Below are positions 47,126 to 57,319 of a DNA stretch of 64,000 nucleotides, one piece after another. Made by a program: the position numbers and the translations under genes. The stretch lies in assembly GCA_025677605.1 (NCBI GenBank), contig GCA_025677605.1_4110.1. One strand, given 5' to 3'. The notes beneath the pieces are model-generated. The model made no database searches. It was not told where the DNA came from and saw only the letters and a list, made by a program, of their open reading frames with translations. Positions within the stretch are counted from its first letter, which is position 1; each line of letters opens with the position of its first letter. Source of the stretch: a phage.

Positions 47126-48676
47126 TCATTTACCGTACTTATGCATGATATCCTTTTCCCAATCAGTTACGTTACCATTTTCGTAATCCTGGAAAGAGTT
47201 ATCAAGTGTGTTCAATGCGTACTCGTATGCTTCCGGTGAATCGATATCAACATCGTCTGCACCATTCACTAGGTCGGTCCATGCCTTTTGTAATTTACGG
47301 GCATTGTTATCAACCTTATGTTTAATCCAACTAATATTGCTGTTAATGCTCTTAGGATCTGCACCAGCTTTCTTACCAATTTCAGCAATCCACATCATTA
47401 GCTTTTGTAGTTCATGAATTGACTTATCAGTCATTTCACGATCTTTAGCCAATTCAGCGTCCATTTCTGAAGTGTTTGCTTCACCATTAGAACCAACATT
47501 AATACCATTTTTAGCAAGAAGTTTACCTAGTTCAAAGAATGCTGCTTCTGCTGGGAAATCATATCCTTTGTCTTGGTAGTTGTTCCATGCACTATCAAAC
47601 TCATCTACAAAACTATTTGCATATTGTGGATTATCGACTAATGCTTTGTACACAGCCATAGCATGTTCAAAACCTTCTTTGTCTGAACCAAATTCTTGCA
47701 TATCAGGACGATGAATGTAACCATCCATATCAACTGTATCCGGTAAATCACCATAGTCTGGTTCAGCGTTCTTCTGGTCAACAGCACCTTCTTCATCTTT
47801 GCGAAGGAGATATCCATCAGGAGTTACTTTCTCACCGTGTTCAGCTTCATACTTCTTCATTGCACCGAATACTGCATTCATTGCAGTAATGAAGCGAGAT
47901 TTCTCACCAGGTTTATATGATTCTAATGCTTTCTTCAACGCATCTGCTGCAAGTTTAATCTTTTCATCTTTACCTTCAAGACGATTTTGTAACTTAGCTT
48001 GTACATTCTTAACTTGTTGTGCATTAGTCTTATCTTCTGCACCAATTTTTCCAAATGTAGAAACGATTGAGTCAAGATTTGCTACTTCTTGTGCAGGTTC
48101 ATCAAACTCAATATCATCATCAGCCTGTGGCTTACCTTCAAGTGCACGCATGATAGTACTGAATACTTCAGTTGGTTCAGTACTGGTATTCCCTTTCATA
48201 CTATCAAGAACAGCTTGTGCTTTATCCTTGAGTTGTTCTTTAGGAACCGCTTGAAGTGCTTTTACGATACCTTGAATTAGTTGTGGTTTGTTAGCAAAGA
48301 TCTTCCCAAGTTTATCACTTAGTTCTTTTACCGGATTAGCCGCTTTAGGCTGTGCAGGTGCTTCAGGTGCTGCTTTAGGTTGTTCTTGTGCTTTATCCAG
48401 AGCAGCAAGTTGTTGCTTCTGCTGCGGATTTAAAAGACCAAGACTATTGAAGTACTTCAATTTTTCATGCTGGGACATGTTTGAAGTATCAAGACCCTGT
48501 GATGCAACTGTGTTTGCTTTCCCCGCTTCTCCCGTTCCTTGGTTGCGAGAGCCACGGGAACCTTGACCTGCGTCATGACTTGATTGGCGACGATTTTTTT
48601 CAGCCCATTTCTCCGAATGTCCAGAAAGTGTTGCCCCACTTTTTGATTTAAAATTATCTGGCATTTTTTTCTCCAT
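47126..48676 (-). CDS. hypothetical large hydrophilic protein (516 aa), low-complexity Lys/Gln/Ala-rich N-terminus
   Basis: track ORF; GGAG RBS before second ATG. Confidence 0.65.
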   Translation of the reverse strand: MEKKMPDNFKSKSGATLSGHSEKWAEKNRRQSSHDAGQGSRGSRNQGTGEAGKANTVASQGLDTSNMSQHEKLKYFNSLGLLNPQQKQQLAALDKAQEQPKAAPEAPAQPKAANPVKELSDKLGKIFANKPQLIQGIVKALQAVPKEQLKDKAQAVLDSMKGNTSTEPTEVFSTIMRALEGKPQADDDIEFDEPAQEVANLDSIVSTFGKIGAEDKTNAQQVKNVQAKLQNRLEGKDEKIKLAADALKKALESYKPGEKSRFITAMNAVFGAMKKYEAEHGEKVTPDGYLLRKDEEGAVDQKNAEPDYGDLPDTVDMDGYIHRPDMQEFGSDKEGFEHAMAVYKALVDNPQYANSFVDEFDSAWNNYQDKGYDFPAEAAFFELGKLLAKNGINVGSNGEANTSEMDAELAKDREMTDKSIHELQKLMMWIAEIGKKAGADPKSINSNISWIKHKVDNNARKLQKAWTDLVNGADDVDIDSPEAYEYALNTLDNSFQDYENGNVTDWEKDIMHKYGK

Positions 48677-48707
48677 AGATTATTAAATGTTACCTCTATG
48701 TCATATT

Positions 48708-48748
48708 TATAGAATAGCAAAAAGGGTCAACAAAAGTCAACCCTTTTT
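48708..48748 (-). promoter_or_regulatory. terminator-promoter fusion module (variant stem)
   Basis: GGGTCAACAAAAGTCAACCC with flanking A/T runs. Confidence 0.5.
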
Positions 48749-48975
48749 TAATATGAAGTATTGTTCAAGAATGTAACTTTTGCACACGATATCTCAAATG
48801 ACATATAACGTGTCATATCTCGAAATTCATTTTCTATGCATTGTAACAGTACTTCAACTTCATTTTCACCAATGTAATACTCATCTCTGACGAATATCTC
48901 ACTGGTGTATTTCTCACTACTAATACTTTTCTCTCTTACTTTAAGTAGGTATTCAATTTTATACCTTTTCATCAC
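48748..48975 (-). CDS. hypothetical protein (75 aa)
   Basis: track ORF. Confidence 0.55.
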   Translation of the reverse strand: MMKRYKIEYLLKVREKSISSEKYTSEIFVRDEYYIGENEVEVLLQCIENEFRDMTRYMSFEISCAKVTFLNNTSY

Positions 48976-49403
48976 AACTCCGATGAGAATATAAATCCTT
49001 TCATATCCTCTTTAGTTAGGGAAAGTTCTGGAATGTACTTTAAAATAATGCACTTAGGTTTAGCTAATGCAGCTTGCAGTACTGAATCAACTAAAGGACG
49101 CAGTACATCTGCACTGTAGTTCTTATTCTCAATGTTGAATATCTTATTCTTCACATCTGCACCTGGTAGCTTATTGATCCCTTCAAAGATCTTATGCATT
49201 ACATCTTCTTCAGTACTGCTATATGCCCATGCAGGTAATGGTAGGCACTCAATTACCTGACCGAGTTCATCCATAACTGCAATACTGCGAACACAGGCAG
49301 AACTCATGAACAAACGTCCACGAACAAAGGTATCAGTTTCCAGATTAACAAATGCAAAGATATCAATTTCATTAAGTTCAGTACTATTAACGTTAACCCA
49401 CAT
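48972..49403 (-). CDS. hypothetical protein (143 aa)
   Basis: track ORF; 4-nt overlap. Confidence 0.6.
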   Translation of the reverse strand: MWVNVNSTELNEIDIFAFVNLETDTFVRGRLFMSSACVRSIAVMDELGQVIECLPLPAWAYSSTEEDVMHKIFEGINKLPGADVKNKIFNIENKNYSADVLRPLVDSVLQAALAKPKCIILKYIPELSLTKEDMKGFIFSSEL

Positions 49404-49414
49404 ATTTTTTCCTG

Positions 49415-49993
49415 TTATAGATCACGGACAATATTCATCAAACAAGTCTTAGGTTTGATACATTTGAAGAAGTACACCATCGTCTTATATTGTTTAATTA
49501 TATCATCCAAATTTGGCGTTAGCAAGCTTTCTTGAAAATATTCTTCTTCGCTCAAGTTTGGGAGGTCTTTCACGTCACAATTCAACTCAATAATATTAGA
49601 ACTTGTGGTGTACTCATCGATAGTTTTAAGTTGAACAATCTCCCACTCAAATATACCAGCACTCAATGTACCGATAATACGAATACGTTCCGGCTTATCA
49701 GATGCATCTCTGCAATAGATACGTATAAACCCAGTACCGTATCGTCTGTAATCATCTATCGTAATGTCCAGACCATCGTATACGAAGGATACTGAAATAA
49801 TATTTTCAGTTGGATGTGCATCTTTCCCTGTACTATTGTTAGTACTTATATATCTAATATCAATCTTGTTAGATACTATCTTTCTACTCAGGGCAGAAAG
49901 TTTATTGTGTGCTTTGATAAAACCTAAGCATATATCATTGAACCTTCCACTTTTATTCTTCTTTGATACTTTAAACTTACCTTTACGGTTCAT
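49415..49993 (-). CDS. hypothetical protein (192 aa)
   Basis: track ORF. Confidence 0.6.
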   Translation of the reverse strand: MNRKGKFKVSKKNKSGRFNDICLGFIKAHNKLSALSRKIVSNKIDIRYISTNNSTGKDAHPTENIISVSFVYDGLDITIDDYRRYGTGFIRIYCRDASDKPERIRIIGTLSAGIFEWEIVQLKTIDEYTTSSNIIELNCDVKDLPNLSEEEYFQESLLTPNLDDIIKQYKTMVYFFKCIKPKTCLMNIVRDL

Positions 49994-50038
49994 AAGTCAC
50001 CATTATACAAAAGGGCTGACTTATGCCAACCCCGTAGT

Positions 50039-50263
50039 TTAATATCTTTTTACTTCACATGGTACATCTGGTTTGTACAAAATGATTATATCATTCACAA
50101 GGAAAATCACTGTTCCTCTATCATTGTGTATTGCCATCTTAACCGACTTACCCTGATATGTCTCTGTGTAGCCACCGCTAACGTTTGTACACTTCACAAA
50201 GTACTTGATTCTGGCTTGTACTATTGTGCTCACAAACATTAATGCCACCAGCATGTATTTCAT
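50039..50263 (-). CDS. putative small secreted protein (74 aa)
   Basis: signal-peptide-like MKYMLVALMFVSTIVQA. Confidence 0.55.
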   Translation of the reverse strand: MKYMLVALMFVSTIVQARIKYFVKCTNVSGGYTETYQGKSVKMAIHNDRGTVIFLVNDIIILYKPDVPCEVKRY

Positions 50264-50284
50264 TTACTCGTGTCCATCAGACTA

Positions 50285-50548
50285 TTAGAATTGAATAGCA
50301 ATACCTTTAGATGTAATTTCAAACGTACAGTTGTAGCGAGCCGCCATATCAATGTACATATGTTCAGAATACCACGGAACGTTGATATCTGGTTGATTAT
50401 CATATACCAGGCAGTCATTGTCACCAATGTGCTCGACTTTAAATGGGACACCCATTTCAGTTAAAAACAACTCAGCACCTGGTGTGCGACGAAGGAACTC
50501 CACATCATCACGCAGACGAAAACCATGATAGTTCAATTTCAGTTTCAT
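50285..50548 (-). CDS. hypothetical protein (87 aa)
   Basis: track ORF. Confidence 0.55.
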   Translation of the reverse strand: MKLKLNYHGFRLRDDVEFLRRTPGAELFLTEMGVPFKVEHIGDNDCLVYDNQPDINVPWYSEHMYIDMAARYNCTFEITSKGIAIQF

Positions 50549-50905
50549 TTAATCCCCTATTGAATAGTTGTTCATTTGTGCAATTAAGTTCATTATAACA
50601 CAAATAACGTACAAGTCGAACTTTATTTTGTTGTGATTAATTACACTATTATCAGGTACATACCCAACACACTCAACTGTGTATTCAAGGAATGATAGTT
50701 CAGAATCATCTGAATCTATATCTGCCTTAATGAAGTACTTTAAATGTGGATGTGTATTAGTGTATGAACTTAAAATCTGTTGGAACTTATTTCGTAGTTC
50801 ACGAGTTAACTTTATGTAATCTTCATCGTCACGTTGGTCGAAATACGGATCTTGTGGTATTTCATAACTCAAGTACTTTGCAAATCGTGTTGATGTTTTA
50901 TCCAT
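50549..50905 (-). CDS. hypothetical protein (118 aa)
   Basis: track ORF 50549..50938 trimmed to ATG at 50903-50905 (8-nt overlap with upstream stop). Confidence 0.55.
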   Translation of the reverse strand: MDKTSTRFAKYLSYEIPQDPYFDQRDDEDYIKLTRELRNKFQQILSSYTNTHPHLKYFIKADIDSDDSELSFLEYTVECVGYVPDNSVINHNKIKFDLYVICVIMNLIAQMNNYSIGD

Positions 50906-51338
50906 ATGCCATCTCTTCCTTATTAAATCTTGTAGCACGAAATTCTTCTTTAGCTTCCTTTACTGACATAATACGAAGTAGTTTTGCACTACCACAATAG
51001 TACTGAACTTGGTTATGTCCAATGTCCACATGGTTATCTGGAACTTCATACACAAAAACAGAAAACCCTGAACAATGAAGTTTACCTAAGTCCATTGTAA
51101 AGAATCTGAACAGGTCGTTTAAACTTTGGCATCCAAATGCCCAGCCACGCTTTATAGAATAAATTCCATCGTCGGTGGGTTCTGGTTGAAATTGCGTGGG
51201 TGTAGTCATACGCAGACGGTCGAATCCATTGGCAGTACTGTATCGTGATGAATATCGTGCGAATGGACCTACCGTTTTGGCTGGTTCCAGATTTGGTTCA
51301 ATATAGCTGAATTTCAGTTCAAAACGATATACAATCAT
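50898..51338 (-). CDS. hypothetical protein (146 aa)
   Basis: track ORF begins at GTG; first ATG at 51336-51338. Confidence 0.55.
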   Translation of the reverse strand: MIVYRFELKFSYIEPNLEPAKTVGPFARYSSRYSTANGFDRLRMTTPTQFQPEPTDDGIYSIKRGWAFGCQSLNDLFRFFTMDLGKLHCSGFSVFVYEVPDNHVDIGHNQVQYYCGSAKLLRIMSVKEAKEEFRATRFNKEEMAYG

Positions 51339-51369
51339 GATGTGCACCTATTCAATTAATATGGAATAA

Positions 51370-51408
51370 GTATAACAAAAAAGGCTGACGTTAGTCAACC
51401 TTTTTTAA
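51370..51408 (-). promoter_or_regulatory. terminator-promoter fusion module
   Basis: AAGGCTGACGTTAGTCAACCTT stem flanked by A/T runs. Confidence 0.55.
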
Positions 51409-51762
51409 TCAATCATCATATGTACACTCACCTCCAAAATCAGCCTCCTTATCTCCAATACGTTTAAGTACGAGTTTGACTTCTTGTGTTCCGTCTTCAC
51501 CCTCTATCATATTCACTTGAAGGTAGGCTCTATAATCAGTGTCACCTGTTTTTGCATATTCAGTGAAACTGATATCACCAACAGTATGGTCTTTAACGTA
51601 TGTATATTCAGTACCATCGATGTAAATGATATCAAGGTCATCTGAATCCCCTTGGAATATGTGTTGTTCAGAATTCTCTTTACAAAGCAATCCGGCTAAG
51701 GGTGCAGCATAAGAGACACCACACATAATAATACACATAAAAAATAATATAACTTTCATCAT
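51409..51762 (-). CDS. putative secreted protein (117 aa)
   Basis: signal-peptide-like MMKVILFFMCIIMCGVSYA. Confidence 0.6.
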   Translation of the reverse strand: MMKVILFFMCIIMCGVSYAAPLAGLLCKENSEQHIFQGDSDDLDIIYIDGTEYTYVKDHTVGDISFTEYAKTGDTDYRAYLQVNMIEGEDGTQEVKLVLKRIGDKEADFGGECTYDD

Positions 51763-52133
51763 TTTTTCCTCTGCATATCTCTGTTCAATACCATTTCACG
51801 ATACATATTATACAACACATCAATCTTATAAACAATATACCACAAACAACAAATACTTGCCATACCTGCGGTCATAGAAACATTACTATTAGATACAAAT
51901 CCCAATTGTTCCAAAATGATCATCATAAAATACAATGTATTGGTAATAATAGATGAATTCCATGCTGGTGAATCCACATCAAAATGCATTGTTATTTTTA
52001 AAATGATTCCATCTGATTGTTTTAAAATGTAATACCATATACCATAGATTGACCCCATCATAAAAGTTACAAAACAAATACCAAAAATGATTTGTGGAAG
52101 TACTAATGAGAACCCAATGATACTATTGAACAT
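51759..52133 (-). CDS. membrane protein (124 aa)
   Basis: several hydrophobic segments. Confidence 0.6.
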   Translation of the reverse strand: MFNSIIGFSLVLPQIIFGICFVTFMMGSIYGIWYYILKQSDGIILKITMHFDVDSPAWNSSIITNTLYFMMIILEQLGFVSNSNVSMTAGMASICCLWYIVYKIDVLYNMYREMVLNRDMQRKK

Positions 52134-52147
52134 AGATTTACCTTAAA

Positions 52148-52513
52148 TTATATTTGACAATGTAAATGAAGTTTATCAAGATCCAGACTTCTTTTATTGG
52201 AATGATCACGGTAAACCACTACATATATATCCCCTGTATTATTTTCAGGATCAACTATCAGTATGACATTAGCAATTATACCAGAATCAGTTCTAAATGT
52301 CGATACCTTTTTGTTGCCAATTTTACTTTCACTAACAAAACGATAATTTTCACCATCTATTAGTATATCAGTACCATTATATGGATCACTGGAAAACGTA
52401 TGCCACTGTCCATCATTTCCTATGCAATCGAACCACGCAACGTCCTCGTTAGCTTCAACTGGCATAACATTAAGTGCCATTATCATGGCTATTATAATTG
52501 TAAGCTTTCCCAT
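52148..52513 (-). CDS. putative secreted protein (121 aa)
   Basis: signal-peptide-like MGKLTIIIAMIMALNVMPVEA; loosely resembles 51409..51762. Confidence 0.6.
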   Translation of the reverse strand: MGKLTIIIAMIMALNVMPVEANEDVAWFDCIGNDGQWHTFSSDPYNGTDILIDGENYRFVSESKIGNKKVSTFRTDSGIIANVILIVDPENNTGDIYVVVYRDHSNKRSLDLDKLHLHCQI

Positions 52514-52604
52514 ATTAACCTCAAAATAATAAAAAAATACTTGCGTACTTAACTAGTACACAAGTATTTAATACTATTCTGTATTTTATATGAGTACTTG
52601 GTTA

Positions 52605-52937
52605 TTACTTATCAGATTTTGATTTAAACTTCACTTTAAGTAAGAAAATCCAATCAGAAACCAAACCACTAAACAAACATTGAATAAACCATACAATAGC
52701 TACTAAATTTTCAACAACGGAAATCCATGCAAGTACAGTAGATAGTGGTAATAAAAAGCCCAATAGCCACACAACAGCATACACACATACTAAAACATAA
52801 AAGATCCCAACTACTGGACTATCCAGATTGAATAGTTTACGTAGGTCATTTTTAACTTCTTCATCTTTCTGGAATGCTTCAAAAAGTAATACAAAAAGAA
52901 GAACAAAACAAGGGATAGAAAGAATAAATGATAACAT
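52605..52937 (-). CDS. membrane protein (110 aa)
   Basis: hydrophobic segments. Confidence 0.6.
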   Translation of the reverse strand: MLSFILSIPCFVLLFVLLFEAFQKDEEVKNDLRKLFNLDSPVVGIFYVLVCVYAVVWLLGFLLPLSTVLAWISVVENLVAIVWFIQCLFSGLVSDWIFLLKVKFKSKSDK

Positions 52938-52957
52938 TAGTAGTTCCTCATATTAAT

Positions 52958-53218
52958 TTAACGGAGTTGGCTGTCTTTACTTCCACGTCTATTATAACGC
53001 TCTTGATATACCTTGTCAACCTTTGATTGACACTGAACACATCGTTTTACACCCTTCAGTACTAACCTCCGCTTCTCTGGTATCTCACAGTCACAGTCGA
53101 TGCAGTACTCTTCAGACTCACCACTATACAGATTTGAGCGAGCAAAGTCAATAGCATTATCAATAGTTGCTTGTATCGTTTCTTGGTGGTTATCTGGTGA
53201 ACCAAACCCTACTGCCAT
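52958..53218 (-). CDS. TraR/DksA-family C4 zinc-finger protein (86 aa)
   Basis: CIDC-x18-CVQC near C-terminus, typical of TraR/DksA C4 fingers. Confidence 0.55.
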   Translation of the reverse strand: MAVGFGSPDNHQETIQATIDNAIDFARSNLYSGESEEYCIDCDCEIPEKRRLVLKGVKRCVQCQSKVDKVYQERYNRRGSKDSQLR

Positions 53219-53250
53219 AATATCCCCCTTAGTAGAAGGATATTATAGGT

Positions 53251-53493
53251 CTAACCTTCAAGTTTGTCAAGTACTTCTTTTTCTTGGAACAACATTAGGA
53301 ATGAAATATATAGTAGTATATGACTCACAATCATCATCCAATCAGTAGACCAATAAAGAGTCAGACTTACCAATACCCATGCAGTATTCAAGAGAAATAC
53401 TTTTACAGCATCATAAAATTTACCCCATACTAAAGTTAAAATAGTTGGAGAAAAGTTAACTAATAAAATCAGTACAACGTATAAAATTAACAT
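53251..53493 (-). CDS. small membrane protein (80 aa)
   Basis: track ORF 53251..53535 trimmed to ATG at 53491-53493 (1-nt overlap). Confidence 0.55.
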   Translation of the reverse strand: MLILYVVLILLVNFSPTILTLVWGKFYDAVKVFLLNTAWVLVSLTLYWSTDWMMIVSHILLYISFLMLFQEKEVLDKLEG

Positions 53494-54158
53494 TATAGTG
53501 TTTCCTTTTTCTTTACTGGGATTAGTTCGTAACAATAAACAACATCAATACCTTCTTCATCATACAAGTACTCATGCTTTTTCTTATGAGTACCAATGTA
53601 TGTGCCGTGCTTATGCCAACGCCACCCACCATGTTCAGGTTGATCTTCCTTGTACACTGGATGAAATCCAATAACAACTTCCATTTCAGATGTAAGAACA
53701 TTCTTATGTTTCTTAAGGATCTGCTGTAAGTTGTCAGCTACACCGTAAGGGGAATTACAATGTGTTGACAATGGGAATGGTCTACCACTTGGCAATAATT
53801 CACTCTCATATGAAGCACTACACATAGCAAGAAAATCATCAGAATTATAGAACTCACCATTGTTCGTATTAATATATTGCAGACTTTTAATAACTTCATA
53901 GTCTGTCATAAAGTTAATGACTTTATCTATACCATAACCCGCTAATATACCAGGTGTAGGCGTCTGCACAGCACAAAATAAACGATTACTATCTTCTTCC
54001 GTTAGATTAGCCTTTTCCCAGAATGGATGCTTTCTGTCAAAACGACTTTCGTATAAAGTTCCTTTGATACCATCGCTATCGTATGGAACTTTCTCAAGAT
54101 ACATACCACGACTTTGTACCATATCATCACTAATAATGTAACTTAAATTGGCGAGCAT
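53493..54158 (-). CDS. hypothetical protein (221 aa)
   Basis: track ORF. Confidence 0.6.
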   Translation of the reverse strand: MLANLSYIISDDMVQSRGMYLEKVPYDSDGIKGTLYESRFDRKHPFWEKANLTEEDSNRLFCAVQTPTPGILAGYGIDKVINFMTDYEVIKSLQYINTNNGEFYNSDDFLAMCSASYESELLPSGRPFPLSTHCNSPYGVADNLQQILKKHKNVLTSEMEVVIGFHPVYKEDQPEHGGWRWHKHGTYIGTHKKKHEYLYDEEGIDVVYCYELIPVKKKETL

Positions 54159-54222
54159 ACGTATTCCTCAGTTAATTCATAATACAGATATAATACTCGC
54201 TTTTTACATGCGTGTCAAGTTT

Positions 54223-54435
54223 TTAAAGCGTAGGCCACACTTTAAATTGTAGTTGCTGATACTGTACATCTACTGTTTCTTTCTTATCAAAGGATTCAGA
54301 TACTTTAATCTCTGCTTCGTACTCACCTTCTGCATGTACGACAAATTTAAATTCTTCAACATGTGAGAAACGCATACCACGATCACCATCAAAACGGAAA
54401 ACCTGCACTGTACCTTCTACTAGATATAAATTCAT
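54223..54435 (-). CDS. hypothetical protein (70 aa)
   Basis: track ORF. Confidence 0.55.
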   Translation of the reverse strand: MNLYLVEGTVQVFRFDGDRGMRFSHVEEFKFVVHAEGEYEAEIKVSESFDKKETVDVQYQQLQFKVWPTL

Positions 54436-54656
54436 TCTTCATCATCCTCGTCTAAAAGTTTAATAGATTTAATTGTTTCAATATAACGTTGTGTCTTTGT
54501 TGTATTGAACTTTGTCAGGTCATTTAACAGTAAAGAGAGAACATGGGCTTCATCGCGACCCCTAACATATATCGTGCGTTCACTCATGACCTTTTCATAG
54601 CCACGAATGTTATCAAATTCAGATATACCCACGTATTCAATCACGTATCTGTTCAT
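54432..54656 (-). CDS. hypothetical protein (74 aa)
   Basis: track ORF; 4-nt overlaps on both sides. Confidence 0.55.
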   Translation of the reverse strand: MNRYVIEYVGISEFDNIRGYEKVMSERTIYVRGRDEAHVLSLLLNDLTKFNTTKTQRYIETIKSIKLLDEDDEE

Positions 54657-55159
54657 TTATCATCCGCTTGTATGTCAAAGGCTTTACAGAAATTACCTAC
54701 TCTTTTACCAGGAACTGACATGTATATGTTATATGGCAATTCACATACCTTATTGGAAATTGCCAGTACTTTAGGAATATCAGGATCGTGTAGTTCAAAG
54801 TTGTATAGCAATGAACTTTGAAATACACCCTCTTCAGTACTGTAATCTACAATGAACAGTTCGTGTGATGATGGTATATCATATTCTACAATGTTTTTGT
54901 GATTCGGTCTATTATGAAAGTGAATTTCATATGTATCACGCACCGTTGGTTTAGATAGATAAACCGCAGATTCAAAAAGATCACCAATACCGAATGTAAC
55001 ATCACACAGCTTATCACCGTTTGTATCATACAAATAGAACATTGTACTATCAAATACTTTATCAGATACAATATTCATAGTATTGTACGTACCATTGTAG
55101 CTCTCATTGAAGTTGATAAACTCTATGAACTTTACAAACTTATCAGTACTAAGATTCAC
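54653..55159 (-). CDS. hypothetical protein (168 aa)
   Basis: track ORF. Confidence 0.6.
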   Translation of the reverse strand: MNLSTDKFVKFIEFINFNESYNGTYNTMNIVSDKVFDSTMFYLYDTNGDKLCDVTFGIGDLFESAVYLSKPTVRDTYEIHFHNRPNHKNIVEYDIPSSHELFIVDYSTEEGVFQSSLLYNFELHDPDIPKVLAISNKVCELPYNIYMSVPGKRVGNFCKAFDIQADDK

Positions 55160-55359
55160 TACTTCACCTCAATGACCTTAAGGTTAACAAAGTCACCTTT
55201 GACCTTCATACATTTGTATTCGGTACGAGTTTCTTCACCAGCATCACGAGGCCAGTGTGTCGCAGAATAACACTGCTCAGGTGTTTTATATACACCGTCA
55301 CCGAATGTACGTGTGATTTCACCATTTGTTAGTACTACGGCTAGATATAAAGTAAACAT
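55159..55359 (-). CDS. hypothetical protein (66 aa)
   Basis: track ORF. Confidence 0.55.
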   Translation of the reverse strand: MFTLYLAVVLTNGEITRTFGDGVYKTPEQCYSATHWPRDAGEETRTEYKCMKVKGDFVNLKVIEVK

Positions 55360-55516
55360 GTGTATTCCTCAAAAAAACTTATTAATGATAACTGCAAACA
55401 GTCCCAGTACTGCAATTATTACAGATACCCACATTACTGCGTTCACAGTGCCAGTGAGTTCTTTATCAAACTCTCGGCACTTCTTGCGGTACTCTTCCCA
55501 TTCTTTATTGTTCACC

Positions 55517-55726
55517 TTATGCTCCCAATAAATCCGTTGCTTTCTTGAGAACAACGTCAATTGTTTCCAGTACTGCACCTTTGTGTTCAATTGATACAAT
55601 ATTATTATAAGTATCAAGGTCCAAGTATTCCATGTATTCAGTTTTGAATACACGAACATCAGTACTAGTGATTTTAATATCACAACCTTTATTCCAAATA
55701 ACCTGCATCATTTCATTGGTAGTCAT
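55517..55726 (-). CDS. hypothetical protein (69 aa)
   Basis: track ORF; 1-nt overlap with upstream lipoprotein gene. Confidence 0.55.
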   Translation of the reverse strand: MTTNEMMQVIWNKGCDIKITSTDVRVFKTEYMEYLDLDTYNNIVSIEHKGAVLETIDVVLKKATDLLGA

Positions 55727-56001
55727 TATTCAACCTTATCATAAACAAGTTTGTGTGTGCTTAGTACTTTGTTGAGGTGTCCTGGACAATCATATACATA
55801 CAGACGCTCCTGACGTTTTTCCCAACCCCCACAAATACGTCCTGCTTGTGTACATATTTCATATTCGTTAATAAAAGACTTACCTGTGAATGTACAATCC
55901 TGACGAACTAAGTCTTTTGCACTGAACCTGCCGTCATCATTACATGCTGTAAGAAACATTGTACAGAATACAACAAACACCGTCAAGAGTTTTTTAATCA
56001 T
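55726..56001 (-). CDS. putative lipoprotein (91 aa)
   Basis: signal peptide with lipobox FLTAC. Confidence 0.6.
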   Translation of the reverse strand: MIKKLLTVFVVFCTMFLTACNDDGRFSAKDLVRQDCTFTGKSFINEYEICTQAGRICGGWEKRQERLYVYDCPGHLNKVLSTHKLVYDKVE

Positions 56002-56366
56002 TTAACATCTCCCCAACGGCAACCCTTCATATGATTCAAATTCACCTCAACTATTTCATGTGTGTCAGTGCACAATATCGACAGTTTTTTTGTAAAATCA
56101 CCTGGTGAACTTTCATATTTCACACAATATCCTTCGATACGGAGAACCGAATGAGTCCATGATTCCCACTCAATCCAAATTTCATTTGGGTGATATACAA
56201 TATCTTCGTTTAACTTGTGATATTCATCTAGTGGAAGCTGTGTAGTGATATCAACATATTTTACATTTCGAATGAGTTTTTCAAGCTGATATTTTGCATT
56301 AGCAAGATATTCTTCATCATTCAAACGTTCCAAGATATTTGCCGAACGAGTAGTATCAAGACTCAT
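55998..56366 (-). CDS. hypothetical protein (122 aa)
   Basis: track ORF. Confidence 0.6.
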   Translation of the reverse strand: MSLDTTRSANILERLNDEEYLANAKYQLEKLIRNVKYVDITTQLPLDEYHKLNEDIVYHPNEIWIEWESWTHSVLRIEGYCVKYESSPGDFTKKLSILCTDTHEIVEVNLNHMKGCRWGDVK

Positions 56367-56368
56367 TG

Positions 56369-56614
56369 TTATTCTCCATGAACCACAGATGTATCCACGC
56401 GAACTTTACCACTCATATAAGACGTAGTAGTGTTTGCATTAGGACAGTAAACAGTGTACAAAGTTGCACCTGCACCTTCCTGTTGCATACGATAAATCTT
56501 ACACCCTGCTTCTTTGAGTTCAGTTGGTAAAACAAACTCACCAGTTCGTTCTTTTGTTGAAGCATCACATGCAGTGAGTAGGAAAGCAATTAGTACTGCT
56601 ACAATATATTTCAT
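56369..56614 (-). CDS. putative lipoprotein (81 aa)
   Basis: signal peptide with lipobox LLTAC. Confidence 0.6.
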   Translation of the reverse strand: MKYIVAVLIAFLLTACDASTKERTGEFVLPTELKEAGCKIYRMQQEGAGATLYTVYCPNANTTTSYMSGKVRVDTSVVHGE

Positions 56615-56922
56615 TAACGAACCTCCACTTCTTGAGAAAGAGCATGAGTCAGTGCATTTGAATTCGAACCATTCATTTCACGCTGACATACAAACATAAT
56701 GGCATCTTGTACTGAACCTGCGATTTCATACTCACGACCTTCTGGATCAGTTACCAGATGTTCAACGATACAACCACCACGCAGTACAGAAGCACCAGTA
56801 CTTACACTAATTCTGTAACCTAAGAAATCAAACTGCATACATGCGTCAGTAGGTTTCATCCAATAACCGCTGTTTTGATTCAAATCGATGATTACAAAAC
56901 CTTGAGTGTTAGTTTGAAACAT
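56614..56922 (-). CDS. hypothetical protein (102 aa)
   Basis: track ORF; early-type promoter + long UTR hairpin at 56940-57040. Confidence 0.6.
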   Translation of the reverse strand: MFQTNTQGFVIIDLNQNSGYWMKPTDACMQFDFLGYRISVSTGASVLRGGCIVEHLVTDPEGREYEIAGSVQDAIMFVCQREMNGSNSNALTHALSQEVEVR

Positions 56923-57040
56923 AGTTAATTCCTCATTTAATTTAAAAGGGCGGGAACGCAGTGACGAGTACGATTATGCTGTCTTTCCTTTCACTGCATT
57001 CCCTTTGATATAAACATTATACTGCTATTATTCAGTACAG

Positions 57041-57319
57041 TCAATCGATATAAGTACCTTTTTTTACTTCACAGACTTCTTCCATCCAATGTGGATTTTC
57101 GTTTTTATCAGTGAAGATTTGTTCTGCTTCTTCTTTTGTTTCAGCTAGGACAATACGATCCCCGTCATCCAAAACACGGATACGATAAACTTTCAGTTCT
57201 TGTTTCTGCTCAAGGATATTACACAGTTCACGTGCTTTTTCTTCATCGCACTCCCCTTCATTAGCATAAAACCAGATTGCTTTTTTAATAAGGTCACGTT
57301 CTTCTTTGGTAAAAGACAT
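57041..57319 (-). CDS. hypothetical acidic protein (92 aa)
   Basis: track ORF. Confidence 0.6.
   Translation of the reverse strand: MSFTKEERDLIKKAIWFYANEGECDEEKARELCNILEQKQELKVYRIRVLDDGDRIVLAETKEEAEQIFTDKNENPHWMEEVCEVKKGTYID

Noticed and set aside
47208-48566. Plus-strand ORFs 47208..47417, 47799..48254, 48089..48280, 48288..48566 inside the 516-aa gene
   Set aside because: Antisense ORFs within a long, well-supported minus-strand CDS.
55369-55683. Track ORF 55369..55683 (104 aa)
   Set aside because: Its first 55 codons overlap 55517..55726; only a 48-aa GTG-initiated C-terminal peptide (55369-55515) could be real, too uncertain to list.
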